DNA of 63,833 nucleotides, the filler included, from Pelomyxa schiedti (Eukaryota; Protista; Evosea), in the NCBI GenBank assembly GCA_020536535.1. It is 8 parts of 8 records of this genome, joined end to end, with 100 filler letters (N's around TTAATTAATTAA, not from the genome) between each part and the next. Parts side by side here need not be neighbours in the genome. Positions count along the whole stretch, not along the records: positions 18,597 to 28,858 come from JAHLWZ010001273.1; positions 28,959 to 49,241 come from JAHLWZ010000620.1; 6 more parts are not named here. One strand, written 5' to 3'. Positions 25,200 through 36,734 of the stretch are shown one piece after another. Under the pieces are notes generated by a model, which saw only the letters and a program-made list of their open reading frames with translations, was not told where the DNA came from and made no database searches. Each line of letters opens with the position of its first letter. Position 1 is the stretch's first letter. Position numbers and translations under genes: made by a program.

Positions 25200-27967
25200 A
25201 AACTTGTTTAGAAGACCCACAGTCACTCCACACACAGGTTGGGTGAAAAATTTATTTATACATGTGCGAGCCTGCCACCCCAACAAACTCTTATACTCCC
25301 CCACTACAATCAAGTGTGGATCACATACAAGGCCAGCAATGGGGGATTCCACCAGCGAGTCCAAATGTAAATTACTTTGGGGGGCAGCAGTCAACCATGG
25401 TTGGGGTGACACATGAGAGTCAGTGAGTACAAGGGTGCAAGGGAATACCTTTCAGAGGAGAGCTCCTTGTCATCCAGGGAACTGGTGTGGAAGGAGTGTG
25501 AGGTTTGTGGACCAAGTATCAGGCAAGTGATTTTGAGGAAGAAGCCATGCCACTACCCTAATGTAATTTGCTACAAGTGAAAGGGTAAGGGGCACGTACA
25601 AAGAGACTGCCTTAATGTAGCAGCAGCTGAGACTGGAAGAAAAAAACTAGGCCAACCCCAGGATGCAGAAAGAGACTGCACCCAGGGGCAAAATATCACT
25701 ACAGAACCTAGCCCACAGAAAGTAAGGAAAGGCATATTGAAGTTGGGGAATACCACTAGTACAGTTCTGGGTGTGACAGAAGAGGTAGGACGCCATGTGC
25801 CTTTGGAATAAATCATCCTGGGGAGAAAGATAGTCCCATCCTTCACATGGTAAGAGAGAGTGCGTTCACACCTATGTATGTAAAAGTAAGGGTAAAAGAT
25901 ATCATGTGTAGATACTGGCCCATGCCATAGAAACTGGCTCTGCCAGGCCCATCTCAGCATGGACCAGAAGGCTCAGTGAGGCTGAGCATTTGGGCATCAT
26001 CTGAGTTTCAGTGCCTGGTCCAGCCTGTTGTATTGGCCCAAAGAAACATTGAGATTTTGCATTAATTATCAGAGGGATATCCATTGCCCAGCATAGAGGA
26101 GTGTCTGTCAATCCTGGGAAAGCAGAAGTATTTCACCTTGCTCAATCCAATCACGGAGGATAAAGAAAAGACCACTTTCATCACCTGGCACAGCCTCTGT
26201 TTCTGTGGGTGGGAAACTGCACCAAAAGAGAACAAAGAGACACAATCTCTTTTATTCATCTTGGATTCTTTTTTCTTGTACTGCACTCAATTGAATGATG
26301 ATGTTTCCTCTCAACAGAGATGCTTGGAAACAGGAAAACACTGACACCTTCACCCCTTTGCCCATGATCCAGTTATGCTATGAAGTCTTTGCCCAAGGGT
26401 GAAGGTTTCCAGAGGAAAGAGACAGCAAAAACCTTCAACATCTCCCTTGCTTCTTCCCATTGAGAATGAACCTCAGGAGTCAATTTCTCACAGTGTAACC
26501 AGTCAAACTGCAGTACACTTAAAAGAGAGGTTAAAATCTCCTTCAAGGTTTTTAACCTCCAATTTGGTTTCCATGCCAAGGGGAAACATTGCTCCAGGTC
26601 AACTTCCACCTTTGCATTTTTGATAAAACAAATATATGTGAGATACTGGCCATCAATCAGCTTTTTTGCTTTATTGGCCTGAAATGTCTTGTCAGGCCAA
26701 CTTGAACCACACAAGAAATCAACTGTGTTGCCACACCTGGGCATCCAATCCAACAGCCTTTAGCCACAGCACACAAGAGGCCAAGAGATTCAGCACCACA
26801 TTGGCAAATGAGTGCAAAGGATCATACACCAAGTGCTTCAAGATTGACTTCAGCAGTTCTTTTTCTCTTTGAGAAGCAGAAATGTTTCACCAAGCTTATG
26901 CTTAACTAGAAATTCACAACCATCTTTGAAGCAAATGGGCTTGTCTTGGATATTGATGTGTTTCCTGGAGGCATTTGGAGCAGCACAGTCAGAACACAAA
27001 GGAACTGCTTGCATCCAGTCCACACAACAACAAGTTCTGATTGGCAGAGAAACAGTTTCATCAGCAGCCAGATCCAACACTTCCTTCAGAAAGGGGTAAC
27101 TGGATTCAGCCCAGTGCTTCACAAGACCTGCATCTGGTCAAGAAGAATGCTATCTCTGATAGCACAGGCATCACCTTGTGAAGATGTTATGCTTGAGAAG
27201 GCAAATTTGAGTTTATCTTTTCTGTTCCTTTGAAAGATGAGATGATTACCTGGATTTGGGAACTCAGGTATTCTGACTTGGGTTACCTTGGAGGTAGAGG
27301 ATCCCGTTCATGGGAAGTTCATGAGAGGGAGTACTGCAATTTAAAACACAACTTACTGATAGCACTAATCAGATTTTGTGCTTGTTTTTGTGCTTCCATT
27401 AGATTATTTGAGACAATTGTTGGTTTGTCTGGTAGTGGAACCACAATGGGGCTTGGGGGAGTCACTGGTGCTGAAGTGGTGTTCCCTTGACTTTCTGGAT
27501 TATCTCTCAGTCTCGGTGTTCGTGCTCACACTCGCAGAGAGTTTGCTTGTGTATTCTACTGAATCACACAGAGGTCAGTTACCCCTAAAAAAAGCTTTGC
27601 CCCATGGGTGAAGAAAAAAGGGTGAAGGTGTCAGTGTTTTCTGCTATAAAGCTTCACCCCAAAACCTCCGCCCCATGATCCAGTTATGAGACCCCAAAAA
27701 TCAGAATTAGCAATGCTGTAATCACCCCAAAAAATTAATTACCCAATTGAGATGTGTGCTTCTGTGGGATGTGTAGTTCATTGTGTGATGGCAAAGCAGA
27801 GAACAAGAACAAGATTGAGAAAGAGATTCTATGATTTGTTCTGTTTGTTCAGGTAGATTGATTTCCTAAGATGTCAGGTCCGAGTGCTGACTCAGCAGGT
27901 CAGTCTCTCGGTCTCAGAGTGCTCGTGCTTGCAGAGAGTTTGCTTGTGTATTCTACTGAATCACACA
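25200..27967 (+). mobile_element. Degenerate Ty3/gypsy LTR retrotransposon remnant
   Basis: Gag zinc knuckle CYK*KGKGHVQRDC (25569-25610, Cys replaced by stop); RT start YPLPSIEECLSILGKQKYFT...EDKEKTTFIT; integrase-like TAFSHSTQEAKRFSTTL; 37-bp direct repeat at 27534-27570 and 27931-27967; many stops; boundaries approximate. Confidence 0.7.
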
Positions 27968-28019
27968 AAAAGCCCAACCACAGAAAAAAAAAGCAAAAAA
28001 GTAGTACATTGACATGGAG

Positions 28020-28340
28020 AGCCTCTCCATTTTCACCACAAAATCACTTGTTGTGACCCCTCTGGAGAACAAGTTCAGGTAACTTCCTTCTTCCCCTTTT
28101 TGTCTTTTTCAGCAAACAAAACAGTGCGTACCTCAATCCCAGCATCTTCCCAGACCCCAATGGGGAGGTTGTCCAGCTTGAGGCCACATGCCAGATCAAC
28201 TGGGATGCCTACACAGCTCCAACCAAAACTAAAGGCTCCACCTGGGGTTACCATTGTACTGGGATCAGGTTCAGGTAAACCCACAGTGATCTGCTGAAAG
28301 ACAGGCACGTGTGAAAACACCTATCGATTTCCCACTTTGA
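28020..28340 (+). pseudogene. Inverted 3' fragment of the surface-protein family
   Basis: PLENKFR|intron|NSAYLNPSIFPDPNGEVVQLEATCQINW and terminal KTPIDFPL* match 22510-22930; frame disrupted and TM missing. Confidence 0.7.
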
Positions 28341-28957
28341 TAAACTTTGATAAACTTGTAATTAAAACTCTTTGCCCTTTGAAAAGTCTTTAAGGGTTTG
28401 GGTTCCAGGGTCAAAAATCTTGCTTAGTTGTGTAACTGTAAATTAGGGTCAGAGAATTGAGCAAGCACAACACCAGTATAGGTATCACACAGGTTAAGTG
28501 TGATACCCTTGCCCCTGGGGTTCTGTGGTGTACTGGTGCAACTTGTTGCTGTTGTTGGCACAGGCACTGGAACGATTCCACAGTTTGGGATTGAGTTCCC
28601 TGGGAAACCCCTCACCGGGTGATGGACACAGCAGGGATTGTTCAAGTCTGATGAGTGGAACACATTCATTACAGTGTGCCTTTCTTGGATGCAGAACAGG
28701 TGGTGTGGCCAAACAGTTCCAAGAAAGGAAGTGTTCTGGAAGGTATGTACAGTTTTCTTGGTCTTGGTGTTGAAGACATGCCCTTCATGTATTCCACGAA
28801 TGACGTCTCCAGAACTGTGCAGTGTATGCAGTGTGTTTCCTATCCAGATTGAACCGCANNNNNNNNNNNNNNNNNNNNNNNNNNNNNNNNNNNNNNNNNN
28901 NNTTAATTAATTAANNNNNNNNNNNNNNNNNNNNNNNNNNNNNNNNNNNNNNNNNNN

Positions 28958-29286
28958 NGCAACCTCGGCGATCTGGTGACTCCCAGGAGCAGGGGAGAAA
29001 TGCCGAAGGTGACGATCAGGGGGCATGGCGTCCAGTCCATCGTCCACGTGGAAAGGCGGATGACGAAGAACCGCGCTGTATCGGTGACCAGGTCCCATAA
29101 CAGGCGCGCAGCGGTGGCGCCGTGTGTTGATAACAGAGCCGGGGAGCACCGCGCCCCGCATCGGGCGTGGGCGCTCGCCGCCAACGCCAAAACAAGCGAT
29201 CGCGCGCTGTACTGCTGCGTCACCTGCAGTCTACATCGTCGTGCGTGGTGGTACCGCCTGTGGCGTTCGAATCGCCGTCCATCCGG
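28958..29286 (-). CDS. 5' part of orphan-family gene A
   Basis: SARSLVLALAASAHARCGARCSPALL...RLLWDLV...FGISPLLLGV; overlaps 32647-32767. Confidence 0.65.
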
Positions 29287-29469
29287 ATTTATGGGAAGAT
29301 TTTTTCTTGGATCTGTTCAAATAGAGCCATTGTCTAGATCATGAAAGGGTCATTGAGGTATGTGGGGTAAACTCGATGTGGAAAACGCATTTATGCAGAA
29401 ATAACTCAAGTTATTGGGTCTCCACCAAGGTCACACACTCCCCCAAAACTCTTCTTTGTTCCAATAACA

Positions 29470-29993
29470 TCAAAAATGAACATGATAGACAACATTCATG
29501 ACTTGCCTCTCAGGTACCTCCATGACAAGAAGCGGGAATTCAGTCATGGCCTCAACCACGTCGATGTGGTGCTCAAACACACGAACCAGGAATCCCCCTT
29601 CTGCAATTATGCTGAACAAGCATATTCCCTGTGGCTGAACAACTTCCCTCAGCGGTGCCCTTGTATCGCTGCAGTCCCACACCTGGTATTTTGCGCGGAA
29701 TCCATTGGGCCCAGGGAGCCAAGTTAAGAACATAGAGTCACTGATCCTGGAAGGTTCCATCTGCGGGGTGCTGCCGATTCGCTGTGATGAAGGTACGCAA
29801 GGGACACCTTCCGTCACGTTGTATAGGTCAAGGTGTCCTGGCATGGCGCTCTGCAGGCCACATATCAAAGACCGGGCACCGGAGCGATTCCGCAGTGGAA
29901 GAATCGTAACGGGGGAACCAACCACGAAGTCATAGCAAAGGTTTGTCAGGACACAAGCGGCGCCGGTGGATTGGGTCTTCTCTATGTCCAGTA
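29470..29993 (-). CDS. 3' part of orphan-family gene B
   Basis: YQVWDCSD...AEGGFLV...VVEAMTEFPLLVM; overlaps 32868-32988. Confidence 0.65.
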
Positions 29994-30443
29994 NNNNNNN
30001 NNNNNNNNNNNNNNNNNNNNNNNNNNNNNNNNNNNNNNNNNNNNNNNNNNNNNNNNNNNNNNNNNNNNNNNNNNNNNNNNNNNNNNNNNNNNNAAGCTTC
30101 ACCCCAAAACCTCCGCCCCATGATCCAGTTATGCACCCCTAAGTTATAGAAAGTACAACATGTAGCTGCACAGGCATGTGTCCTGGTTCTTGGTTCAGCC
30201 CACACAAACGGCAGGTGTGTGTTGAAGTTATTACTGAAAAAACAGTGAAGCCGGGGGTGAGGCTGCTACATTATGTGTGTTACTGACCAAAGGTGGTTAT
30301 TGCCACACAAGGTTACATAGTAAAGATGCAGTTGTTTTAGTTCTTGTTCCTACACCTTTCCTTTTAGTGTACAAAATACACAGTTTTTCATTCAATGTAA
30401 CAAACGACAGGGCTCAGTGGTGTTCAAAGATTTGAAGCATCAA

Positions 30444-31634
30444 TCATGGTGGAAGTACTTGTTGGCTGAGCTGGTCACAATTCATATAACCAATATTGGT
30501 TGAGGTAAGTGTGAAGATTGTTGCACCCGTCTCCGAATCCACAGTGTGGACTTTGCCTTTTTCCTCACTAACACAGAAGTCTCCCGTAGGCTTAAAAGTA
30601 CGATATTGCACCATTTGAGCAAATGTAGTGACGATACGGGGCCCCACAGTTGCACTTCCACGTAAGTCCCACACTGCATATCGTTTTTCAGCACCTTTCT
30701 GCTCCACGAGCAAAAATCCACCATGCATAAAGTGGTCCATGACATCCCGACATAGAACCTTCAGTTGGGAACCCTCTTGAATCTCGTACATCGTGTTGTC
30801 GGCACCCAAAGCCACAACCCTTTTGGAATCCCAGCAGCAATGGAAAGTGCAGAGGGACGGAATTCCCAGCTGCTCCGGAACAGACCTCTTCACAGTGTCC
30901 ATTGGCACCATCACACCAGTATCGAACGCCTTGGCAGCAGAAATGCGGTGGAACACACACTCCCCACGGTATGACACGCAAAAGGCCGTATCATCCACGA
31001 ATCTCACGAAAAACATGCCGCTCCGCCCAATCTCCATTCCCTCACCAGGAACCACACTCTGTGGCCCCAAAACAGTAAGAGTCTCTATGGATAGGGACCC
31101 CCGCACAACAACCTTCCACATCCTCCAGTTTTCGCAGTCGATGATCCACTGCCCCACGCACGCCACCTTGCCACGTGTGGTGCCTTTTGCGGCATCCAAC
31201 ATGCTGACGTCGGTCTTCACGCCGGTGTGTATGTTCATGACCACGCCGCAGCGACGACAAGGAGGAGGCGGTCCCACAATTGCGCTTGGCGGGACGAACA
31301 CGTGGCCCCTGCCGTCCATCTTCACGTGCCGCGCCATCGTCTCGGTCGTCGACGTGACGCCGAGGGTGCACCGCGACACGCCGACGAAGAGCGTCGTGGC
31401 GAGCGAGTTGACGCGCACGGCGACGGTGACCGCGCCGCCGCCAGACCGCAGCCCCGCGAAAAAGTGCTGCAGCAGGGGCACATCCCCGCGCGTGAGGATC
31501 GCGGCCGGGCTGCTGCGTCCGCACCGGGGTTGCGTCGAAGTCATCAGCGCCATAATCTGAGCACTCAAAGTCACGCGCGGCACCAACTCCACATCCTCAC
31601 ATACCCCAGCACCTATCATTTCATCGGGAGCCAC
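30444..31634 (-). CDS. Intronless orphan-family protein (~390 aa)
   Basis: SAQIMALMTSTQPRCGRSSPAAIL, VGVSRCTLGV, YAVWDL, C-terminal VDSETGATIFTL. Confidence 0.75.
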   Translation of the reverse strand: MAPDEMIGAGVCEDVELVPRVTLSAQIMALMTSTQPRCGRSSPAAILTRGDVPLLQHFFAGLRSGGGAVTVAVRVNSLATTLFVGVSRCTLGVTSTTETMARHVKMDGRGHVFVPPSAIVGPPPPCRRCGVVMNIHTGVKTDVSMLDAAKGTTRGKVACVGQWIIDCENWRMWKVVVRGSLSIETLTVLGPQSVVPGEGMEIGRSGMFFVRFVDDTAFCVSYRGECVFHRISAAKAFDTGVMVPMDTVKRSVPEQLGIPSLCTFHCCWDSKRVVALGADNTMYEIQEGSQLKVLCRDVMDHFMHGGFLLVEQKGAEKRYAVWDLRGSATVGPRIVTTFAQMVQYRTFKPTGDFCVSEEKGKVHTVDSETGATIFTLTSTNIGYMNCDQLSQQVLPP

Positions 31635-31726
31635 CCACCTTTTTAAGAAATTTGTTGAAAGATTTCACAAACTGGTGCTAGTTGTAACAGACCCCAAAAT
31701 CAAAGTGTTGTCTTGGGGCAAGTAGT

Positions 31727-32767
31727 TTAGAAGTGGTCATGGTAGTCTATAGACATTGCCTGCCTGCCTAGGATCTCCACGACAAGAACTGGGAATTCAG
31801 TCATGGCCTCAACCACGTCGATGTGGTGCTCAAACACACGAACCAGGAATCCCCCTTCTGCTGTGATGCTGAGCAAGGTGCTCTTCTCAGGCTGGGGAAC
31901 TTCCCTCACTGGTGCTGTGGTGTCACTGCAGTCCCACACCTGGTATGTTGAAAGGAATCCAGTGGGCTTGAAGAGCCAAACTGCAAACAGCGAGTCACTG
32001 ATCCTGGAAGCCTCCAGCCGGGTATGACTGCTGTTGATTTGCAGTGAAGCCGGCACACCCTCAGTCACATTGTAGAACTTGTGGACTCCTGGACGGGGAT
32101 CCCACACACCAGATATAAATGAACGGGCACCGGAGCGATTCCGCATTGGTAGAATCGTCAGGAGGGGGCCTGATATGAAGTCATAGCAAATATTGGTCAG
32201 GATGCAAGTCCGGCCTGTGGAGTGGGTTTTCTCGATATCCAATACTAGAAACATGACGCGGCTCTCTACGCGGGCGTTCTCCAGGCCAACAACGAGCTCG
32301 TTTGGTTTGGATTTCGTGAACATCATGCGGATTATGTTGTAGTTCGACGGGTGAGAGAAAGGCAGTTCCACACGGGATTCCACAGGCTGGAAGTCAGTCA
32401 CTCTCTCGATAGTCATGAAGTCATCTTGCACTGGACAGTCGGGCTTCCGTCCCAACCTTACGAGGACCAGCCACCTGTGATTCACAGCCTGGAACGACCA
32501 CCCAATTTCGGTGATAAGTTCCACCCGTGATCGGGCAGCCGAATTTTTCAGGTACAGGCTCATGAGGGAGGTGGCTGGGTTGATGGACTCCTCGATTTGG
32601 TGGTTGGGCGACACCCACAATGGCAATCCCGGCGACTCTTGGCGGAGCAACCTCGGCGATCTGGTGACTCCCAGGAGCAGGGGAGAAATGCCGAAGGTGA
32701 CGATCAGGGGGCATGGCGTCCAGTCCATCGTCCACGTGGAAAGGCGGATGACGAAGAACCGCGCTGT
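31727..32767 (-). CDS. 3' portion of orphan-family gene A
   Basis: Open frame below the gap, paralogous to 32868-33682; its 5' end matches 28958-29078. Confidence 0.7.
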   Translation of the reverse strand, partial: TARFFVIRLSTWTMDWTPCPLIVTFGISPLLLGVTRSPRLLRQESPGLPLWVSPNHQIEESINPATSLMSLYLKNSAARSRVELITEIGWSFQAVNHRWLVLVRLGRKPDCPVQDDFMTIERVTDFQPVESRVELPFSHPSNYNIIRMMFTKSKPNELVVGLENARVESRVMFLVLDIEKTHSTGRTCILTNICYDFISGPLLTILPMRNRSGARSFISGVWDPRPGVHKFYNVTEGVPASLQINSSHTRLEASRISDSLFAVWLFKPTGFLSTYQVWDCSDTTAPVREVPQPEKSTLLSITAEGGFLVRVFEHHIDVVEAMTEFPVLVVEILGRQAMSIDYHDHF

Positions 32768-32867
32768 NNNNNNNNNNNNNNNNNNNNNNNNNNNNNNNNN
32801 NNNNNNNNNNNNNNNNNNNNNNNNNNNNNNNNNNNNNNNNNNNNNNNNNNNNNNNNNNNNNNNNNNN

Positions 32868-33682
32868 CGGGCACCGGAGCGATTCCGCAGTGGAAGAATC
32901 GTAACGGGGGAACCAACCACGAAGTCATAGCAAAGGTTTGTCAGGACACAAGCGGCGCCGGTGGATTGGGTCTTCTCTATGTCCAGTACAATGAACATGA
33001 CTCTGCCAGCAACATTGGCTTTCTCCAGGCCAACCACGAGCTCATTGGGATTGTATGGGGCAAAAACCATGTGCATGACGCCGTAGTCTGGAGGGTGCGA
33101 GAAAGGCAGTTCCACACGGGATTCCACAGGCTGGGAATTCGTCACTCTCTCAATCGTCATGAAGTGACCTTGCATGTGAAGAAGGACAAGGACCAGCCAC
33201 CTGTGATTCGCAGCCTGGAACGACCACAGGATGTCATTGGCAAGCTCAACTCGCGAGGAATTGGCAATGTTCCTCAGATGCACGCTCTTACAATGCAGGT
33301 CGATGGACTCCTCGATCAAGTGGGTGGGGGACACCCACAATGGCGACCCCACGGCGGTGTCCTGGTCGCAGTACCTCGGGGATTTCGTGACTCCCAGGAG
33401 CAGCGGCGAAAGGCCGAAGGAAATGCACAGCGGCGAAGGCTGCCAGGACATCGACCACCCAGTCAAGTTTATGACGAAGAACCCGGCCGTATCTGTGACA
33501 AGATCCCACAATAGACGGGCGACGGTGGAGCCGTGGGTTGATAACATAGCCGGGGAGCACCTCGCCCCGCATCGGGCGTGGGTGCTCGTGGCGAACGCCA
33601 AAACAGGTGATCGAACGCCACACTCGTGCGCCACGCAGAAACCGGCTTTGTTGCCCTGGACGTTCCAAACGTCACCCATCAA
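32868..33682 (-). CDS. 5' portion of orphan-family gene B
   Basis: VRSPVLAFATSTHARCGARCSPAML...FGLSPLLLGV...NHRWLV; its 3' end matches 29873-29993. Confidence 0.7.
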
Positions 33683-33864
33683 AACGGCAGGTTTTCATTT
33701 TCTGGGAAGATGCTGAGGTTCATGGTGAGACAACTAATAATTAATTATGGTTGATTGTGGTTGGACAATAAAGCCAACCATGTTCTCTTACTATTTACTT
33801 TGAACGTTAGACTACAATATTTTTACCATTCCAAAGGTTCACGTGCTTTAGTGGGGAGGCTGTT

Positions 33865-36290
33865 TTAGCTGGAGATAAATCGCCTGTGAAAGCCCCAGTA
33901 ATATTTGTTTAGAGTAGTGCAGTCTACATAGCCACAGCCATTGGGAATCTCTTGGTTCAGGTTCCATGGAACAACTCCAGTGGTGAACAAAATGAAAATG
34001 TCTCCTGGGCCTGCTTGCTTATTGTACTCGCTTCGGTATTGGGTTGCATTGAGATTTGCTTGCCCTTTTTTGTATAGATGCACAACTTTCACTACTCTTG
34101 AGTGCTTGGTTTCTGCATCTCTTACGTAAACTTCGCCAAATGCGTCTCCACCATCAGCGGATGTAGCGTTCAGTACAAAGGATTTTAGGAAATTACCCGG
34201 CAGGCTATTGCTTCTACTAGTACCTTTTACAGCGTCAATTAAATCGAAACATGTGATTAGGTATTACCAGTAGTTTGCTGGTGCAGGGAGACGTCGGGTT
34301 CCAGTAACGTCACATAAACTTCGAGCGTTTCTGGAAGTGGGGGTGTGGTGCTGAAAGTTACTCCATCAAATAAGGTGACCAGGGGAACCCACTCGCCATG
34401 AAACATCCTGGACCTTAGACAGTAAAACATTACATTGAAACGTTCCCAATTTGTCCAGGCTGGTGCCGTTGTGTGTCCCTCACAGAAGGAGCTCAAATGT
34501 GGCCAGTCACATTCACATACTTCCTGAATCACTCGGTCGTTAGATCTCGTAGCGTTCACCCATGCCCAGGCTGGTGCATTCACCAATAATCCATTGCGCT
34601 CTGTAATCAACCCCGCGGAAATAACAGTATCTACTCGGATAGTAGTACCTGGAATCATCGTATCACGGAACGCCGTACTGTAAATATTCCTAGCCGGCGA
34701 AATCCTCTGCATGACAATGAACTTGAGCACATGGATAAACGGCAAGTCAGCCACAATATTTGGGTAGCGGATTGATAATTGCGTAACAGTGTTGCTTACA
34801 ATTGAGCGCGGATTTGTGATACCCACAGAACAGGCATCAGCTAAAGCTTCGAGGGCACGTCCATGCCCACCCATATCCGCTACCATTTGTATTTGGTCAT
34901 TAGGATTTATGGATGCGGGAAATGGAATCAAGTTCTCTGCATGACTCAAGGGTGGTGGCGAAAGATGAACTCTCCTTTGTGGGGTTGATTGAAGAAAACA
35001 ATTCAGAGGCACAAGCAGTGTTCCAGAGCAGCAAGCAATAACAAGAGGCCCCTCAGTATTATTAACCAGGCCTGCCACAGAGGCAAGGCATTGTTGCACT
35101 GGTGTTGAAAATGGAGAGGTTGTGTCCAGATTGGTTAAGGGCAACCTTGTTATGCTGTCCACCATCAAAAATACAGTCATATCTCGAAGCTTCTGACCAG
35201 AAGTCTTCGCCATGCAGGTAAAAACGTCATTGGGGGTGGGATACGCATGAAAGAGTGTTGATCTAATCCCCAACTGTATGAGCATTCTGGCTGAAATGGC
35301 TGAAAGAATGTTTGATGTATCTTGAGGTAACGATCCAAAATCAGTGCCATTCTCAAAAGATATGTTAAAAATCATGGCATTCGTAAGTCGCCTATGGAGC
35401 TCGCCTTCCTCTGGGTGTAAGGAGATGGCTTTCACACTCAGGTGAGGGAATTCTTGGAGGAGCCTGGATTTTCCTGTTCCAGGACCTGTCAATGCCAGAA
35501 AGAGTGGGTGAAATTCCTTCTGTGAACATGCAGCCATAAAGTTACGGAAGTGGTCCAGAAGGTGAAGCCCCAGGGTTTCCATTATTCCTTCAGGCTCTTG
35601 GGAAGCCCAAGTCGAACCAGTTCCAGTGCAAAACTTCTTTGGTGGCACGTATTTCAGTTCATACACTGCAAGAAGTTACTCTGTTATAGCTGCTTTTTTG
35701 GGGGACCTAGTTGAATGACTTGCCCTTCAGAAGTCAAATGTCTGACTTGATTCAAGTCTCTGTTAGCTTTGAACCATTGCGAAAAGCGGTGTAGCAACTC
35801 TAGGTTAAATCCAATAATATCGTTCACTCGGCCCATCTGCTGAGAGTGGGTACTAGATTGGGAAAATACACGCACCTCGATTATTTCCCTAGACGCCAAG
35901 CCGACAAATTTCGACGCAACAATACGGTGTGCTTCTCTATCTTCTAGTAACTGCAGTAGAACTGCTGCCTCTTTTTTCGCTGCAGCAGCCACGGTCTCCT
36001 GACCCGCGATAAGGCGCGCCGTCACTGATGCATCGAAAGCTGTCTCGAAACGTCGTTGAAGTGTGGGGTCGCCGGGGATGTGTAACTTGGCCAAACGCAC
36101 AAATTCCACACGGGACACTGGGTCACTTTCCACGTGCACTAATACGGTGTCGATACGGGTGTTGAATCTCTCATCTTCGACCATTATTTGCTCTCTTTCA
36201 CAGATGTGCCGACAATTAACGTTGGCGGCCTTTATGGCTGCGCCAAACAACTTATGTAGGTTGGTGTTGTTGTTTTCTCTTTTTATTAGG
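33865..36290 (-). CDS. Crinkler/RHS-type protein: helical N-terminal header + P-loop NTPase + C-terminal restriction-endonuclease-like domain
   Basis: Walker A GPGTGKS, FNISFENGT, Walker B VFLMVD, DMGGHGRALE, WERFN, then VLNATSADGGDAF...VHLYKK...DIFILFTT...VD...YYWGF; introns at about 35666-35706 and 34224-34267 join the three ORFs in frame; start codon not resolved. Confidence 0.72.
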
Positions 36291-36734
36291 CCCGTTATTC
36301 TTCATTAAAGTTGTGGTGGGTTTAGGCTGTATCCTTGGTGGTACGGAATTATGAGTCAACAGCCTTCTGCTAAAACCTCTTCACAACAGAGTTACATCAT
36401 CCATCCGGTACCCCGAGCGGAAAACCCGTCAGATGAGGATCATGGTGCAAGTACGACTCTGCCCTCAGTGTGATGGCGGGGAAGACATTCATCGTGGGGA
36501 TACCGTGCACACAGGCGATTATGGGCCAAGACCAACGGCTACTGCGATACCGTTGTGTCAACCTGTTCTTGTTGACGACGATGGTGACGTGCTTGTGCCA
36601 CGTAACTCCCTCACCGTTTGTTTCGCCATCTCTCNNNNNNNNNNNNNNNNNNNNNNNNNNNNNNNNNNNNNNNNNNNNNNNNNNNNNNNNNNNNNNNNNN
36701 NNNNNNNNNNNNNNNNNNNNNNNNNNNNNNNNNN

